A stretch of DNA of 64,000 nucleotides from positions 41,120-105,119 of IMG/VR virus record IMGVR_UViG_3300043410_001642. One strand, given 5' to 3'. Source of the stretch: a virus. Taxonomy: Duplodnaviria; Heunggongvirae; Uroviricota; Caudoviricetes. Made by a program: the position numbers and the translations under genes. Position 1 is the first letter of the stretch; every line of letters begins with the position of its first letter. The notes below the pieces were generated by a model. That model was not told the DNA's origin, did not search any database, and worked only from the letters and a program-made list of their open reading frames with translations. Shown piece after piece: positions 30,314 through 40,566 of this stretch.

Positions 30314-30967
30314 ATGAATATCAAATATACAATTAAAGAAGTTAAACCTAATATCTTTGCAGTAATCGTTCCGGATGATTATCATAGACCTATGTTATTT
30401 TGTAGAGTGCAGGAATATTATGAATCTCCTAACAAAGCATTCAATCGTAGAGAGTTTAGTATATGGAATTTCATAGAATGGTATAGTAGAAAGAATTCGG
30501 ATTCATTTACATATGCATTTGATTGGGGTGGTTTCAATATTCCGTTTGATATAATGGAAGAGTGTATTACGACAACCGCATTTGAATCTCCATATGATAG
30601 TATAATGTTTAACATATATGCTGAAATTAAACTGATGAAGGGTGAAGGAAATGCATATGTAATTGGTGCGGATAATATGGAGAGTGAAACATTCTATCAT
30701 GAAGTTTGTCATGGTTTATATTCTACTAATCCTTTATATAAAAAATTAGCAGATGAAATCACTCAAACTATTCCAACTAAATTATATAAAAAATTAGTTG
30801 ATAACCTAATTGATTATGGATATTCAATGGAAGTAATGGATGATGAGATTCAGGCATTCCTAATGACAAATTGGTTTAGCACTAATATCACTAAGAAAAC
30901 TAATTTGAATGAAGTAAAGAAATTCAGTAATCTATATAAACAAACGCTTAATTCTTTTTTAAAATAA
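30314..30967 (+). CDS. hypothetical protein with HExxH motif
   Basis: FYHEVCHGLYS motif. Confidence 0.4.
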   Translation: MNIKYTIKEVKPNIFAVIVPDDYHRPMLFCRVQEYYESPNKAFNRREFSIWNFIEWYSRKNSDSFTYAFDWGGFNIPFDIMEECITTTAFESPYDSIMFNIYAEIKLMKGEGNAYVIGADNMESETFYHEVCHGLYSTNPLYKKLADEITQTIPTKLYKKLVDNLIDYGYSMEVMDDEIQAFLMTNWFSTNITKKTNLNEVKKFSNLYKQTLNSFLK

Positions 30968-30980
30968 AATATAAAACAAA

Positions 30981-31268
30981 ATGGGTAAAATTAAAAAGTA
31001 TCAAAAACAAATCTTCACATTCATAACAATCTTTTTGTTATTAGAATTCGGAGTATTTCCGTGTTTAACAATGGCTAATACATTTGCCAATATAATAGGA
31101 GCAGTTGCTCTTTTGGTATTGATATTGTGGGGCGGATTAGAATTGTATGATTATGTTAAAAATTCAGATGGGTTCGTTGATAAAAAAGAATTATCCGAAG
31201 CTGAACAAAAATGGAAAGAAAAAGTAGAAGCTAAACCAAAAAGAAAATACACTAAAAAAACAAAGTAA
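30981..31268 (+). CDS. small membrane protein
   Basis: Two hydrophobic helices, Lys-rich C-terminus. Confidence 0.4.
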   Translation: MGKIKKYQKQIFTFITIFLLLEFGVFPCLTMANTFANIIGAVALLVLILWGGLELYDYVKNSDGFVDKKELSEAEQKWKEKVEAKPKRKYTKKTK

Positions 31269-31269
31269 T

Positions 31270-31548
31270 ATGAAAGTATTTTTATTTAGTATAGTATTAT
31301 TATTTACCGCATGTAATTGTGTAGATACAAAAGAAAAGAGTGCTCAATACAAATATGAATTGGGTGATGTAGTATTAGTAAAGCCCGATTCAATGAAAGC
31401 AACTATAAATAGTAGATACTATTATGGAGCTGATGGGAGTGGTGATAATGGAATCCGTTACGAAATCCAATATTATGATAAGGATGGAGACCAACGGAGT
31501 GATTATGTAAAGGAATTTCAAATTTTTTCAAAACAAAACAATTATTAA
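31270..31548 (+). CDS. small lipoprotein
   Basis: LLFTACNC lipobox. Confidence 0.4.
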   Translation: MKVFLFSIVLLFTACNCVDTKEKSAQYKYELGDVVLVKPDSMKATINSRYYYGADGSGDNGIRYEIQYYDKDGDQRSDYVKEFQIFSKQNNY

Positions 31549-31549
31549 T

Positions 31550-32494
31550 ATGGCTACATTTGACAGATACAATTACCGATATGATGAATATGGTAATCGT
31601 AGAACGGAAGAACAATTACAACAATTAGAAAACGAATTCAATTTAAACGAACAATTAAAAATTAAAAAAATGATTAAAACAATCGGAGCAGGTATAGTAG
31701 GTTTTTTCCTATTAATCTTTTTATTCAAATCTTGTGAAAGAATTGATGCAGGGCATGTGGGTGTTAAAGTAAATCTTTATGGTGATAACAAAGGTGTAAG
31801 TGATGTAACTGAAGTAACTGGTATTGTGTTTTACAATCCATTTACACATAACATCTATGAATTTCCAACCTTTATTCAACACAAAGAATATACCGGAGAA
31901 AATTCATTCGTAGTAAATTCAAAAGATGGTAGTGAGTTCCATGTATCTCCTATTGTGAATTATTCAGTAAAGAGAGAGAAAGTTCCATACATCTTTGCTA
32001 AATATCGTAGAAGTTTAGAGCAAATCGAAGAAGGTTTCTTAAAGACCGCAGTGTATGATGCGTTCAGATTAGCAACTAACAAATATACGGCCGATGAATT
32101 GATTAGTAATAGAGCACAATTCGAAATCGAAGTTCGCAGATTATTAGAAGGGCAATTAATGAATGAAGGATTTATCGTTAATCAATTTACATCTAACTTA
32201 ATCTATCCCGAATCATTTAAGAACGCAATTAATGCTAAGAACAATGCAGTTCAGGCGGCATTAATGGCTGAGAATAAAGTTAAGCAGGCTGAAGCTGAAG
32301 CTAAAATTAAAGTGGCAACTGCCGAAGGTAACGCACAGGCATTACTTACTCAATCTAAAGCAGAAGCTGAAGCAAACCGAATGAAGCAGGCTACCTTAAC
32401 GGCATTGTTAATTCAACAACAATATATTGAGAAATGGAATGGAGTTTTACCACAATACGGACAAGTTCCAACATTGTTCAAAAACATCCAATAG
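31550..32494 (+). CDS. SPFH/band-7 (prohibitin/HflKC-like) domain protein
   Basis: N-terminal TM; IDAGHVGVKVNLYG core; Ala/Glu/Lys coiled coil (AENKVKQAEAEAKIKVATAEGNAQALL). Confidence 0.6.
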   Translation: MATFDRYNYRYDEYGNRRTEEQLQQLENEFNLNEQLKIKKMIKTIGAGIVGFFLLIFLFKSCERIDAGHVGVKVNLYGDNKGVSDVTEVTGIVFYNPFTHNIYEFPTFIQHKEYTGENSFVVNSKDGSEFHVSPIVNYSVKREKVPYIFAKYRRSLEQIEEGFLKTAVYDAFRLATNKYTADELISNRAQFEIEVRRLLEGQLMNEGFIVNQFTSNLIYPESFKNAINAKNNAVQAALMAENKVKQAEAEAKIKVATAEGNAQALLTQSKAEAEANRMKQATLTALLIQQQYIEKWNGVLPQYGQVPTLFKNIQ

Positions 32495-32518
32495 TATATA
32501 ATAAAATACTAATATGAA

Positions 32519-32544
32519 AGGGGGTAGAAATACTCCCTTTTTTG
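32519..32544 (+). terminator. rho-independent terminator after SPFH gene
   Basis: AGGGGGTA-GAAA-TACTCCCT (GNRA-like loop) + TTTTTGTTT. Confidence 0.65.
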
Positions 32545-32600
32545 TTTGGAAAAATCAACAATTTTTAGTATATTTGAAACATAAACAATAAAGCAATAAT

Positions 32601-32888
32601 ATGAGACCAGCAAACAATTTCAACATCGTAACATTCGATTTATTGAACTTTCAACCCCACCCAATGGGATATGGTAAACAATGTATAGTACAATTTCCAA
32701 ATGGTTATGGTGCTAGTATTGTACAAGGGCCATACACTTATGGAGGGGATAAAGGGTTATATGAATTAGCAGTATTTGGTAAGGATGGTAACATTACATA
32801 TGATACTCCTATTACTAACGATGTAGAGGGAAATTTGAGTGAATCTGATGTAGAATCTTTATTAACACAAATTAAAGGGTTGGTTTAA
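32601..32888 (+). CDS. hypothetical protein
   Basis: 95-aa ORF after terminator. Confidence 0.4.
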   Translation: MRPANNFNIVTFDLLNFQPHPMGYGKQCIVQFPNGYGASIVQGPYTYGGDKGLYELAVFGKDGNITYDTPITNDVEGNLSESDVESLLTQIKGLV

Positions 32889-32931
32889 TGAGGATGGTAC
32901 ATTCCGAATTGAATTAGTAAACTAATAAACT

Positions 32932-33315
32932 ATGACACTAAGAGAGTTAAAAGAAAGAATAGCACTTATTGATGAACGATATGATGATATAGAAGTATGT
33001 ATTCCAAACAATAAAGTTGGTATGGGTGGAACATCTGTAACATCCGTAAGACAAGCAGCAAGAGGTATTGATTGGGATGGTGGTAAGTTCATTCTATGGC
33101 CTGAAACGGAAATGATTGAAAGAACAAAGGATGATATTATAGATAAAGAAAAGTTAAGGGAAGAAGCTAAAAAGCACGCTGAACTTTGGAATAAACTATT
33201 CCCACCAAAACATCCAAATCTTTCAGATGATGAATTGGATAGATTAAAAGATGTTGCATTGGGTAGTCATTACAACGGATATATACAGGGATATGAGAAC
33301 GCCAAAAATAAATAA
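32932..33315 (+). CDS. hypothetical protein
   Basis: 127-aa ORF. Confidence 0.4.
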   Translation: MTLRELKERIALIDERYDDIEVCIPNNKVGMGGTSVTSVRQAARGIDWDGGKFILWPETEMIERTKDDIIDKEKLREEAKKHAELWNKLFPPKHPNLSDDELDRLKDVALGSHYNGYIQGYENAKNK

Positions 33316-33316
33316 T

Positions 33317-33811
33317 ATGGCTAAATATAACAAATATAGATGGTGGACACAGGGCAGACCTAATAAACCCCTTAAATCCGATGCTCCTCTCCTTTTAAAG
33401 ATTAGGAATGGGGATTTTGATTACTCTTATATGTTCAACGAAGCCAGGGGTGTTAGAGAGGATTCTAGGAGGGTTTATGAACAAACCTATAAGAACTATG
33501 GGGGAACGGATGAAAAGAATCGTAATGAGGCCGCATTGGAGGCCAGCAGGATGAGGAGATTAACTGCTATTAAGTTGGAGTTAGAAGCGGATAAGAATGA
33601 GAAAATGATACTATGGAGAATCCAAAATGAACTTAAAAAGGAGTTCGGTAAGGATTTGTGGGAAAAATCATTGGAAAGACAGAGAGGTAAAGGAGGATTG
33701 GAAGATTTATATTGGTGGTATAAAAAACAGGTAAAACAGGGAACTACTAAATCGGAGATGGATATCCAACTTAAGAGAGCTAATACTAAAGGATTTGAAT
33801 ACTTATTTTAA
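33317..33811 (+). CDS. hypothetical protein
   Basis: Start moved to internal ATG (MAKYNKYRWW) 1 nt after upstream stop. Confidence 0.4.
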   Translation: MAKYNKYRWWTQGRPNKPLKSDAPLLLKIRNGDFDYSYMFNEARGVREDSRRVYEQTYKNYGGTDEKNRNEAALEASRMRRLTAIKLELEADKNEKMILWRIQNELKKEFGKDLWEKSLERQRGKGGLEDLYWWYKKQVKQGTTKSEMDIQLKRANTKGFEYLF

Positions 33812-34368
33812 TGAGAATATTAGTATATAGTGGAGAAAGAACCGGTTCATATTCACTTTGTAAATGGATATCATCTGAATTGGGATTAAAATTTCTAACT
33901 GAATTGGAAGAATGGAATCCGGAAATGGATGAAGTGGTAGTAAAAAGAAGTGTCTATTTCAGAAACAATCCTGATTATTTTGATATACATTCTTCATTTC
34001 AGCATTTTGATAAGATAGTATTGTTATATAGAAATGATGTAGTTGCTCAATCAGAAAGCACTATATTTGCTGAAAGAAGAAAGAAATGGCATCATACTAA
34101 TGATATGGAGTTAGATGGATATTATACAATAGATAATACCTTTCTGAAAGAAAATGAAAGGGATATAGTAGCATTATCATATAAATTGGAAAAGGATAAA
34201 GATTTCATAACCGGATTGGATTATGGATTGAAAATAACATATGAAGAATTATATGGAACGAAAGCGGGTGAATTGAAAATGTATAAATATTTGGATATCA
34301 TTCCTACACTTAGATTAAATAACCCAGAATTAAAATTAAGAAAGGAAGCGGATAAAAAAATGATATAA
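33811..34368 (+). CDS. hypothetical protein
   Basis: 185-aa ORF, ATGA overlap. Confidence 0.4.
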   Translation: MRILVYSGERTGSYSLCKWISSELGLKFLTELEEWNPEMDEVVVKRSVYFRNNPDYFDIHSSFQHFDKIVLLYRNDVVAQSESTIFAERRKKWHHTNDMELDGYYTIDNTFLKENERDIVALSYKLEKDKDFITGLDYGLKITYEELYGTKAGELKMYKYLDIIPTLRLNNPELKLRKEADKKMI

Positions 34369-34723
34369 ATATTTGTTTTGGATACTTATAGAAAATAGGT
34401 TACACTACTAACGAAACCAACATAATATGGACGAAGGTGGCAGTAAAAAAAGCTCTACAAAAATTACAAAACAAAGAGACGAGGTTGATGTTATACAAAG
34501 ATATGGCATTAATGTTAGCTCTATTCTTCAATCCTTTTGGGTTCGATGCCGTTCAATTTTCCCTAATACTACTGACAGGAAGTTTATGGAAGGCGAACTT
34601 CGTATTGTATTGTATTGCGGGATTCTTTTTTGGATTCTACATTTACTTTTCCAGATTGTTAAGTAGGAAAACCTAATATCATTGTATTTATTAAAAATTA
34701 TTGTTTTACTAAAAGGTACTTAA

Positions 34724-34996
34724 ATGGAAAATGTTACCAATAGACATGGTGATGAGAGAACCATAGAACGAATCTCTCATGAAAGAATTAGAATTATGGG
34801 TAATTCTAAATTCATCAGAAAATCTTCAGATAGTGAAGGTTTAACAATGTTCGACTTTGAAGGAGGTCCTTGTTTAAATGTGGGTGGAAAAATTAAGTTT
34901 GAAAAAATGGATTGGTATATTCATGGAATCGAACAAGAAAACACAACTTACCCAGATTTCGCATCAGTTCAATTATTTGTATCACCGATTTATTAA
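34724..34996 (+). CDS. hypothetical protein
   Basis: 90-aa ORF opening the glycan island. Confidence 0.35.
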   Translation: MENVTNRHGDERTIERISHERIRIMGNSKFIRKSSDSEGLTMFDFEGGPCLNVGGKIKFEKMDWYIHGIEQENTTYPDFASVQLFVSPIY

Positions 34997-35013
34997 TCAC
35001 AATTTAATTTCAG

Positions 35014-36036
35014 ATGAGAGAGGTAGTATGTGCAGGTTGCTCATTTACCAATTTTAATACATTGGATAAAGATATGGCCTACAATGGTATAACACCCGAA
35101 GTGGATGGTGTTAAACCGATGGGATCATATCCTGAAGCAATTCATAGAAATTTTAAGAATAAGGTATATAATTTAGGAATGGCAGGTAATAACATTGCCA
35201 CATCCGTATTATCTCTTATTGCAACTGCTGATAGATTGTTGAAAGAAAAGAAGAATATATTTCTTATTCTTCAATGCACCGAATTCACAAGAAAAAGTTT
35301 TTATCTACCATCTTCTTTTCAAATACGAAAGAACATTGGAATAGATGATGCGGTTAGAAATAACAATTATCTATTTGATGAAGGCGGTAGTGGATTTTTT
35401 CAATTCGGAACATTGTCCGGAGCAAGAGATGGATTCTCTGCAATTGAATCTATAAAGAATATAGCAAAGAGTTATTCAGAACATGCTTATTCTATTGAGA
35501 GTGGATATATTGATTCCATTACTCACATCTTATTATTACAAAACTATTGTAAGGTAAATAACATTCCCTATAAAATATTTTTAAAAACGGAATCATTTAG
35601 TATTCCATTCCATCCCCTATTCAATATACCAAATGAAAAAGCGGGAATGGAAGATATATTTGATGCAATATTTGTAAGAAAGAAACTATTCAGAAAGAAT
35701 CCTTTAACATTTGTAAATTCTGACCCGTATATCAAAAACTTATTTGGTATGTTAGATTTAGATTCCTTTTGGTTCTTAGATGATGTTGATTGTAGATATG
35801 GTGGTATAACCGAATGGGTTTATGTTCGTAATCAATATAATAATGGTGATAAAACTTATATACCATTAGTTGTAGAAGATATAGACGAGCAACCTATTAA
35901 ACATACATACCAATACCCAATTGAGAGAGCAAAGGAAAAGATTAAGAATGGAACTTTTGATCCAAACGGGCATCCATCTTATTATTATTGGGATTTATTT
36001 GTTCAAAATGAAATGAGTAAATGGGGATTTCTATAA
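35014..36036 (+). CDS. hypothetical protein (distant SGNH-like paralog?)
   Basis: N-terminus VVCAGCSFTNF resembles degenerate GDSxT block of downstream paralogs. Confidence 0.35.
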   Translation: MREVVCAGCSFTNFNTLDKDMAYNGITPEVDGVKPMGSYPEAIHRNFKNKVYNLGMAGNNIATSVLSLIATADRLLKEKKNIFLILQCTEFTRKSFYLPSSFQIRKNIGIDDAVRNNNYLFDEGGSGFFQFGTLSGARDGFSAIESIKNIAKSYSEHAYSIESGYIDSITHILLLQNYCKVNNIPYKIFLKTESFSIPFHPLFNIPNEKAGMEDIFDAIFVRKKLFRKNPLTFVNSDPYIKNLFGMLDLDSFWFLDDVDCRYGGITEWVYVRNQYNNGDKTYIPLVVEDIDEQPIKHTYQYPIERAKEKIKNGTFDPNGHPSYYYWDLFVQNEMSKWGFL

Positions 36037-37166
36037 ACATATTGCCAGTATTATATGATGAAGGAACTGATGTAAAGTTTTCTCCTATAAAAGATTTCAA
36101 ACAAAGAGAATGGTTGGAAGGGAACAACTATTGGTTTAAGGAATTTGAAAAGCTAACTGGTGTAACTTTAAATTATTCTGAAACTGATACAACTCTTTTG
36201 ATATTATACAATGGACAATTAGAACCTATAATAACTGAAGGGAATTATTTCAAAGAGATTAAGAGAAAGATTGATATAGGAACATACAAAAAAGTTATAC
36301 TATATCAGAATGAAGTGAATTGGGATACATTTGAAAGATTATTAGATATAGAGGATTTCTTCTATGATATTTTTAGAAATGATAAACGATTCCTTTTTGT
36401 AAGAAATATATTTCAAAGTAGATTCAATTTTACAAAGATAAATTCTGAATTTACATTTGGTTGTTTTCCATTTCAAATACTTCATAACTTTAATGAAACG
36501 AATGATATCAATTGGGGTGTTGAAAAGAAACATTATCTATTTTCCGCTAATTGTAATGTTAAAGAAGAGAGATTACATTTCTATGAGTTTTTAGAAAAAG
36601 GAAACTATTGGGATAAATGTAATGTTTCATTCTTTTTACCATTGATGGGTATTCAGACAAAGAGATTTGTTCCATCGGAATACATAGGTAATTTGGGCAA
36701 ATTAGACTTGGATATACAATACTTGCCAAAGAAATTGAAATATGATGATGAGTTGAATGTAAAGAAGCTACCGATAAAAGATAGTTTAGAATGCTTATTT
36801 CAGATGATATTTGAAACTCGTTATCATTCACATTGTGGCATAGTATTAAGTGAGAAGTTATTCAAAGGATTTATGTATAGAACTCCTTTCATAGTATATG
36901 GACAACATGGTATATTGAAACTATTAAAAGAAAAAGGATTTAAAACTTTTGATTGGTTGATAGATGAGAGTTATGATTGGGAGATTGATAATATAAAAAG
37001 ATTAGAAATGGTTTTGAAAGAGATTGATAAATTATTAAACACTCCATTTGAAGCCATAGAACGATTGATAACACAACATCAACAGGATTTGGTTCATAAT
37101 AGATATTGGGCAGAAGAATTTGCTAAAACTGAAATTAATAAACTAAAAGAAATAATAACTAAATGA
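36021..37166 (+). CDS. glycosyltransferase, GT10 (fucosyltransferase)-like
   Basis: Paralog of 40563-41777; C-terminal FETRYHSHCGIVLSEKLFKGF...PFIVYG pattern resembling the FucT motif. Confidence 0.45.
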   Translation: MGISINILPVLYDEGTDVKFSPIKDFKQREWLEGNNYWFKEFEKLTGVTLNYSETDTTLLILYNGQLEPIITEGNYFKEIKRKIDIGTYKKVILYQNEVNWDTFERLLDIEDFFYDIFRNDKRFLFVRNIFQSRFNFTKINSEFTFGCFPFQILHNFNETNDINWGVEKKHYLFSANCNVKEERLHFYEFLEKGNYWDKCNVSFFLPLMGIQTKRFVPSEYIGNLGKLDLDIQYLPKKLKYDDELNVKKLPIKDSLECLFQMIFETRYHSHCGIVLSEKLFKGFMYRTPFIVYGQHGILKLLKEKGFKTFDWLIDESYDWEIDNIKRLEMVLKEIDKLLNTPFEAIERLITQHQQDLVHNRYWAEEFAKTEINKLKEIITK

Positions 37167-38422
37167 TAAACAAAGATACATTTTGTATTTTACCTTTTAT
37201 CCATCTATCGGTTTTCCAAGATGGTAAGGTGAAACCATGTTGTATGGCGGATTCATTTATTAAAGAAAACTATAATGATAGTGAAGGGTTTGAAGAATTC
37301 TTTCAAAATGAATCATACCAAAAATTAAGAGATGATTTAAAAAATGGAGTTAAGAATTCACTATGTGATGTTTGTTGGAAGAAAGAAGATTTAGGTGGTA
37401 GAAGTTTTAGACAAGAGAAGAATGCACACTTCAAAAAACAATATGATAAGTTTCTAAAAGATGAAGAGAGTAATCCGGAGTTAGTATTTTTGGATATACG
37501 ATTCTCTAACCAATGTAACTTTAAATGTAGAATGTGTGGTGAGAGAGATTCTACATCTTGGTATGAAGAGAGAGAAACATTTTGGAATGACGAGTGTGTA
37601 AAGCCGGTTTTAGAGAAATTGGTTAAAGGTGGAGGAGACCCAAAGGATTTATACAATTATATAAAACCATTTGATTCTAAAAAATTACACATCTTAAGAA
37701 AACAATTTACCGAACAGGAATTGAATGAATTAGAGTATGTGTATATAGCAGGTGGAGAACCATTGTATGCTAAAATGGTATGGGATTTTATAGAAAAGAT
37801 ACCACATCCAGAAAATGTAACACTCCAATTTCAGACAAACTTTTCATTGTTGGAATACAAAGATAAATCCATCTTTGAATTTACTAAAAACTTTAAACAA
37901 GTAGTCTATTCAATATCATTAGACGGATTGTTTGAAGTAGGAGAGTTTCAGAGAACTAATTTTAAAACCGATGTATTCTTAGCTAATCTTAATAGATTGA
38001 ACGAAGAGATTAAAACTAATTCAAACATTAGTTATGATTTCACCTATACTACATCATTGATAAATGTATTTAGTTTCTTTGAAACATTTGATTACTTAAT
38101 AGAGAATGGATATATAGAAGATTATTCTAACATTCGTCTTCAGATAGTTCAATGGCCTAAACATTTGGATGCAAAGAATTATCCACTATCAAATAGAATA
38201 AAGAAATATTATAGTAGAACAAATATAAAAGGTATCCATAAGAATCCTTTTTTAAAGGGAGATATTGATAACTTAATAAGGCATGTTGAACAAGGAATAG
38301 AAGGAGATTTGAATGAACATTTATTTGAATTGACACGAATGATACGATTCTCTTCTGAATACAACAATCTTACAATACCAGAGAACTTAAAAAATTTAGA
38401 TAACTTAAAAAAAATAATTTAA
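37163..38422 (+). CDS. radical SAM domain protein
   Basis: CxxxCxxC motif (FSNQCNFKCRMCGE) with additional Cys clusters; ATGA overlap with upstream. Confidence 0.55.
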   Translation: MINKDTFCILPFIHLSVFQDGKVKPCCMADSFIKENYNDSEGFEEFFQNESYQKLRDDLKNGVKNSLCDVCWKKEDLGGRSFRQEKNAHFKKQYDKFLKDEESNPELVFLDIRFSNQCNFKCRMCGERDSTSWYEERETFWNDECVKPVLEKLVKGGGDPKDLYNYIKPFDSKKLHILRKQFTEQELNELEYVYIAGGEPLYAKMVWDFIEKIPHPENVTLQFQTNFSLLEYKDKSIFEFTKNFKQVVYSISLDGLFEVGEFQRTNFKTDVFLANLNRLNEEIKTNSNISYDFTYTTSLINVFSFFETFDYLIENGYIEDYSNIRLQIVQWPKHLDAKNYPLSNRIKKYYSRTNIKGIHKNPFLKGDIDNLIRHVEQGIEGDLNEHLFELTRMIRFSSEYNNLTIPENLKNLDNLKKII

Positions 38423-38423
38423 A

Positions 38424-38837
38424 ATGGAAAGAAAGTATTTGCCAACATTAGCTGAATTAATTGATAGATTAAGCATCACTCAATTAAAAGAGGTATTCAT
38501 CACTGACCACAAAGAAGAATATTCAAAAGAGATAGCAGATATTGTGCATGATATTGATGTTATATTACAAGAAAGAGTGGATATTCAAGGAGGTGATATT
38601 ACAGGTGAAACTATTAGAGCAATCATAGTATTGGCACAAATGAATTTACACATCTGGCATAATGAATCAAATGTTAGAAATGGCAGTGAAGGTCCGAATG
38701 CATTGGCATTAACTCATGGATTGAATGGAATCCGTAATACTGCTAAGAATAGAATACAAGAAGTTGTGGGTGGTAGAAAAGATTACAAAATAGATTGTTT
38801 AGCAGCAGATTTCAAAGATTGGGAAATCAGTTGGTAA
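38424..38837 (+). CDS. hypothetical protein
   Basis: 137-aa ORF. Confidence 0.4.
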   Translation: MERKYLPTLAELIDRLSITQLKEVFITDHKEEYSKEIADIVHDIDVILQERVDIQGGDITGETIRAIIVLAQMNLHIWHNESNVRNGSEGPNALALTHGLNGIRNTAKNRIQEVVGGRKDYKIDCLAADFKDWEISW

Positions 38838-38860
38838 GATATATATCATAAAGAAGGTTT

Positions 38861-39595
38861 ATGAAAATTTTAGTTATAGGAGATAGTTGCACTGATATAT
38901 TCATCTATGGTAATGTAAATAGATTATGTCCAGAAGCACCCGTTCCAGTATTTGAACCATCAAGAACAATTACAAATGATGGTATGGCAGGTAATGTTAG
39001 AGCAAATTTGGAATCATTGGGGGCAAGAGTAGAACTTATTACCAACAAAGAACAAATCACAAAGACAAGATATGTAGATGGTAAATCTAATCAAATGTTT
39101 ATCAGAGTTGATACATTGGATAAGGTTAAATCTGCATTTGATATTAATAGAGTAGATTGGAATGTAGATGCGGTAATCGTATCAGATTATGACAAGGGAT
39201 TCTTAACTGAAGATGATATTCATCAGATAAGTAAAAAACATCCACTCACATTTATTGATACAAAGAAACCAATAAACTTACAAACATTTTCCGATTACAC
39301 TTATATCAAAATGAATGAGTGGGAATGGGAATTGTGTGAGAGAAAGGGTGCTAAATACGAAGATTGGGCAGACAAACTTATTATTACAATGAGTGAAAGA
39401 GGATGTTTATATCAGAACAAAGTGTATCCTGTAAATAGAGATATTGAGGTAAGAGATTTAAGCGGTGCAGGTGATACATTTATGGCATCATTGGTATTCA
39501 AATATATTGAAACCAAAAACTTAATAGAATCAATTAAATTTGCTAACGATTGTGCAACTAAGGTTGTGCAAAAAAGAGGAGTTACTACAATATGA
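38861..39595 (+). CDS. PfkB-family sugar kinase, HldE/RfaE domain I-like
   Basis: ILVIGDSCTDIF...PEAPVPV motif and C-terminal GAGDTF anion-hole motif. Confidence 0.65.
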   Translation: MKILVIGDSCTDIFIYGNVNRLCPEAPVPVFEPSRTITNDGMAGNVRANLESLGARVELITNKEQITKTRYVDGKSNQMFIRVDTLDKVKSAFDINRVDWNVDAVIVSDYDKGFLTEDDIHQISKKHPLTFIDTKKPINLQTFSDYTYIKMNEWEWELCERKGAKYEDWADKLIITMSERGCLYQNKVYPVNRDIEVRDLSGAGDTFMASLVFKYIETKNLIESIKFANDCATKVVQKRGVTTI

Positions 39596-40566
39596 ATGTA
39601 ATAGATTTCTTTGGGTGTAGTTTTACTGAAGCACCTAAACTTCCATACAAACCATCAGTTGATAAATTTGATATAGAATTATATTCTATGCATTGTCATG
39701 TAACGAAACCTATGAGCGGATTTTTGGAATTTGATATGGCATATAATAATTGTAATGATTATCAAATAAACAATTATGGTAAGGGAAGTTTTGGTAACTT
39801 TACTATAAAGAATGTAATATCCAATAAGGTAAAGAAATTAAATAAAGAAGATAATAATATTGCAATAGTTCAATTATCAGCCTTATTAAGAAACGAACAT
39901 AGTTGGGAATGTATTCAAGAAAAGGGGAGATATCAAAACGAAGATAAGGAAGTATTTGATATAGATTTCAATGCGGTTAAACCGGATTATATAGTAGAGG
40001 TTTCATCTATGGAAGAATATTATCAATCACATATTGATAATCTAAAATCTATACTTAGTTTATTAAAAGAAAACTATAATAGATATATTATATTTTTTGG
40101 ATGGGATGTATCAACTAAAGAATTTGCGAAAGTGGCAAATGAAGTTGGATTGTATGATGAGATATTAAACTACATATATGATTATCCATTATCCAAAAGA
40201 GAATACTTTGAGAATAATGATTCGTTCAACGATTTCATAAAAAGATGTAGAGGTAAGAGAGGAGGATTGTTGGAATATTCAGCCAATAAACTTCCTGAAG
40301 AAATTAGATATGCCGGTGAGAGAGACCATCATCCATCTTATTTTTCAAACAAAGTATTCTATGAAGAAGTAATAAAACCATTTTTAACTACTGATATAAA
40401 ATTAGATAAGGAATACTTCAATGAAGATGTAGTTGTTCAGTTTGAAGAATTTTTAAAACAATTGTGTGCAAAGAAATTAAAAGGTGGTGATTGGGAAGAA
40501 TATAACTATTCACAACTACAAATGGAATCAATTGGATATGTTAGAAAAACAATATTAAAGAAATGA
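39592..40566 (+). CDS. hypothetical protein (distant SGNH-like paralog?)
   Basis: N-terminus FFGCSFTEAP; ATGA overlap. Confidence 0.35.
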   Translation: MNVIDFFGCSFTEAPKLPYKPSVDKFDIELYSMHCHVTKPMSGFLEFDMAYNNCNDYQINNYGKGSFGNFTIKNVISNKVKKLNKEDNNIAIVQLSALLRNEHSWECIQEKGRYQNEDKEVFDIDFNAVKPDYIVEVSSMEEYYQSHIDNLKSILSLLKENYNRYIIFFGWDVSTKEFAKVANEVGLYDEILNYIYDYPLSKREYFENNDSFNDFIKRCRGKRGGLLEYSANKLPEEIRYAGERDHHPSYFSNKVFYEEVIKPFLTTDIKLDKEYFNEDVVVQFEEFLKQLCAKKLKGGDWEEYNYSQLQMESIGYVRKTILKK

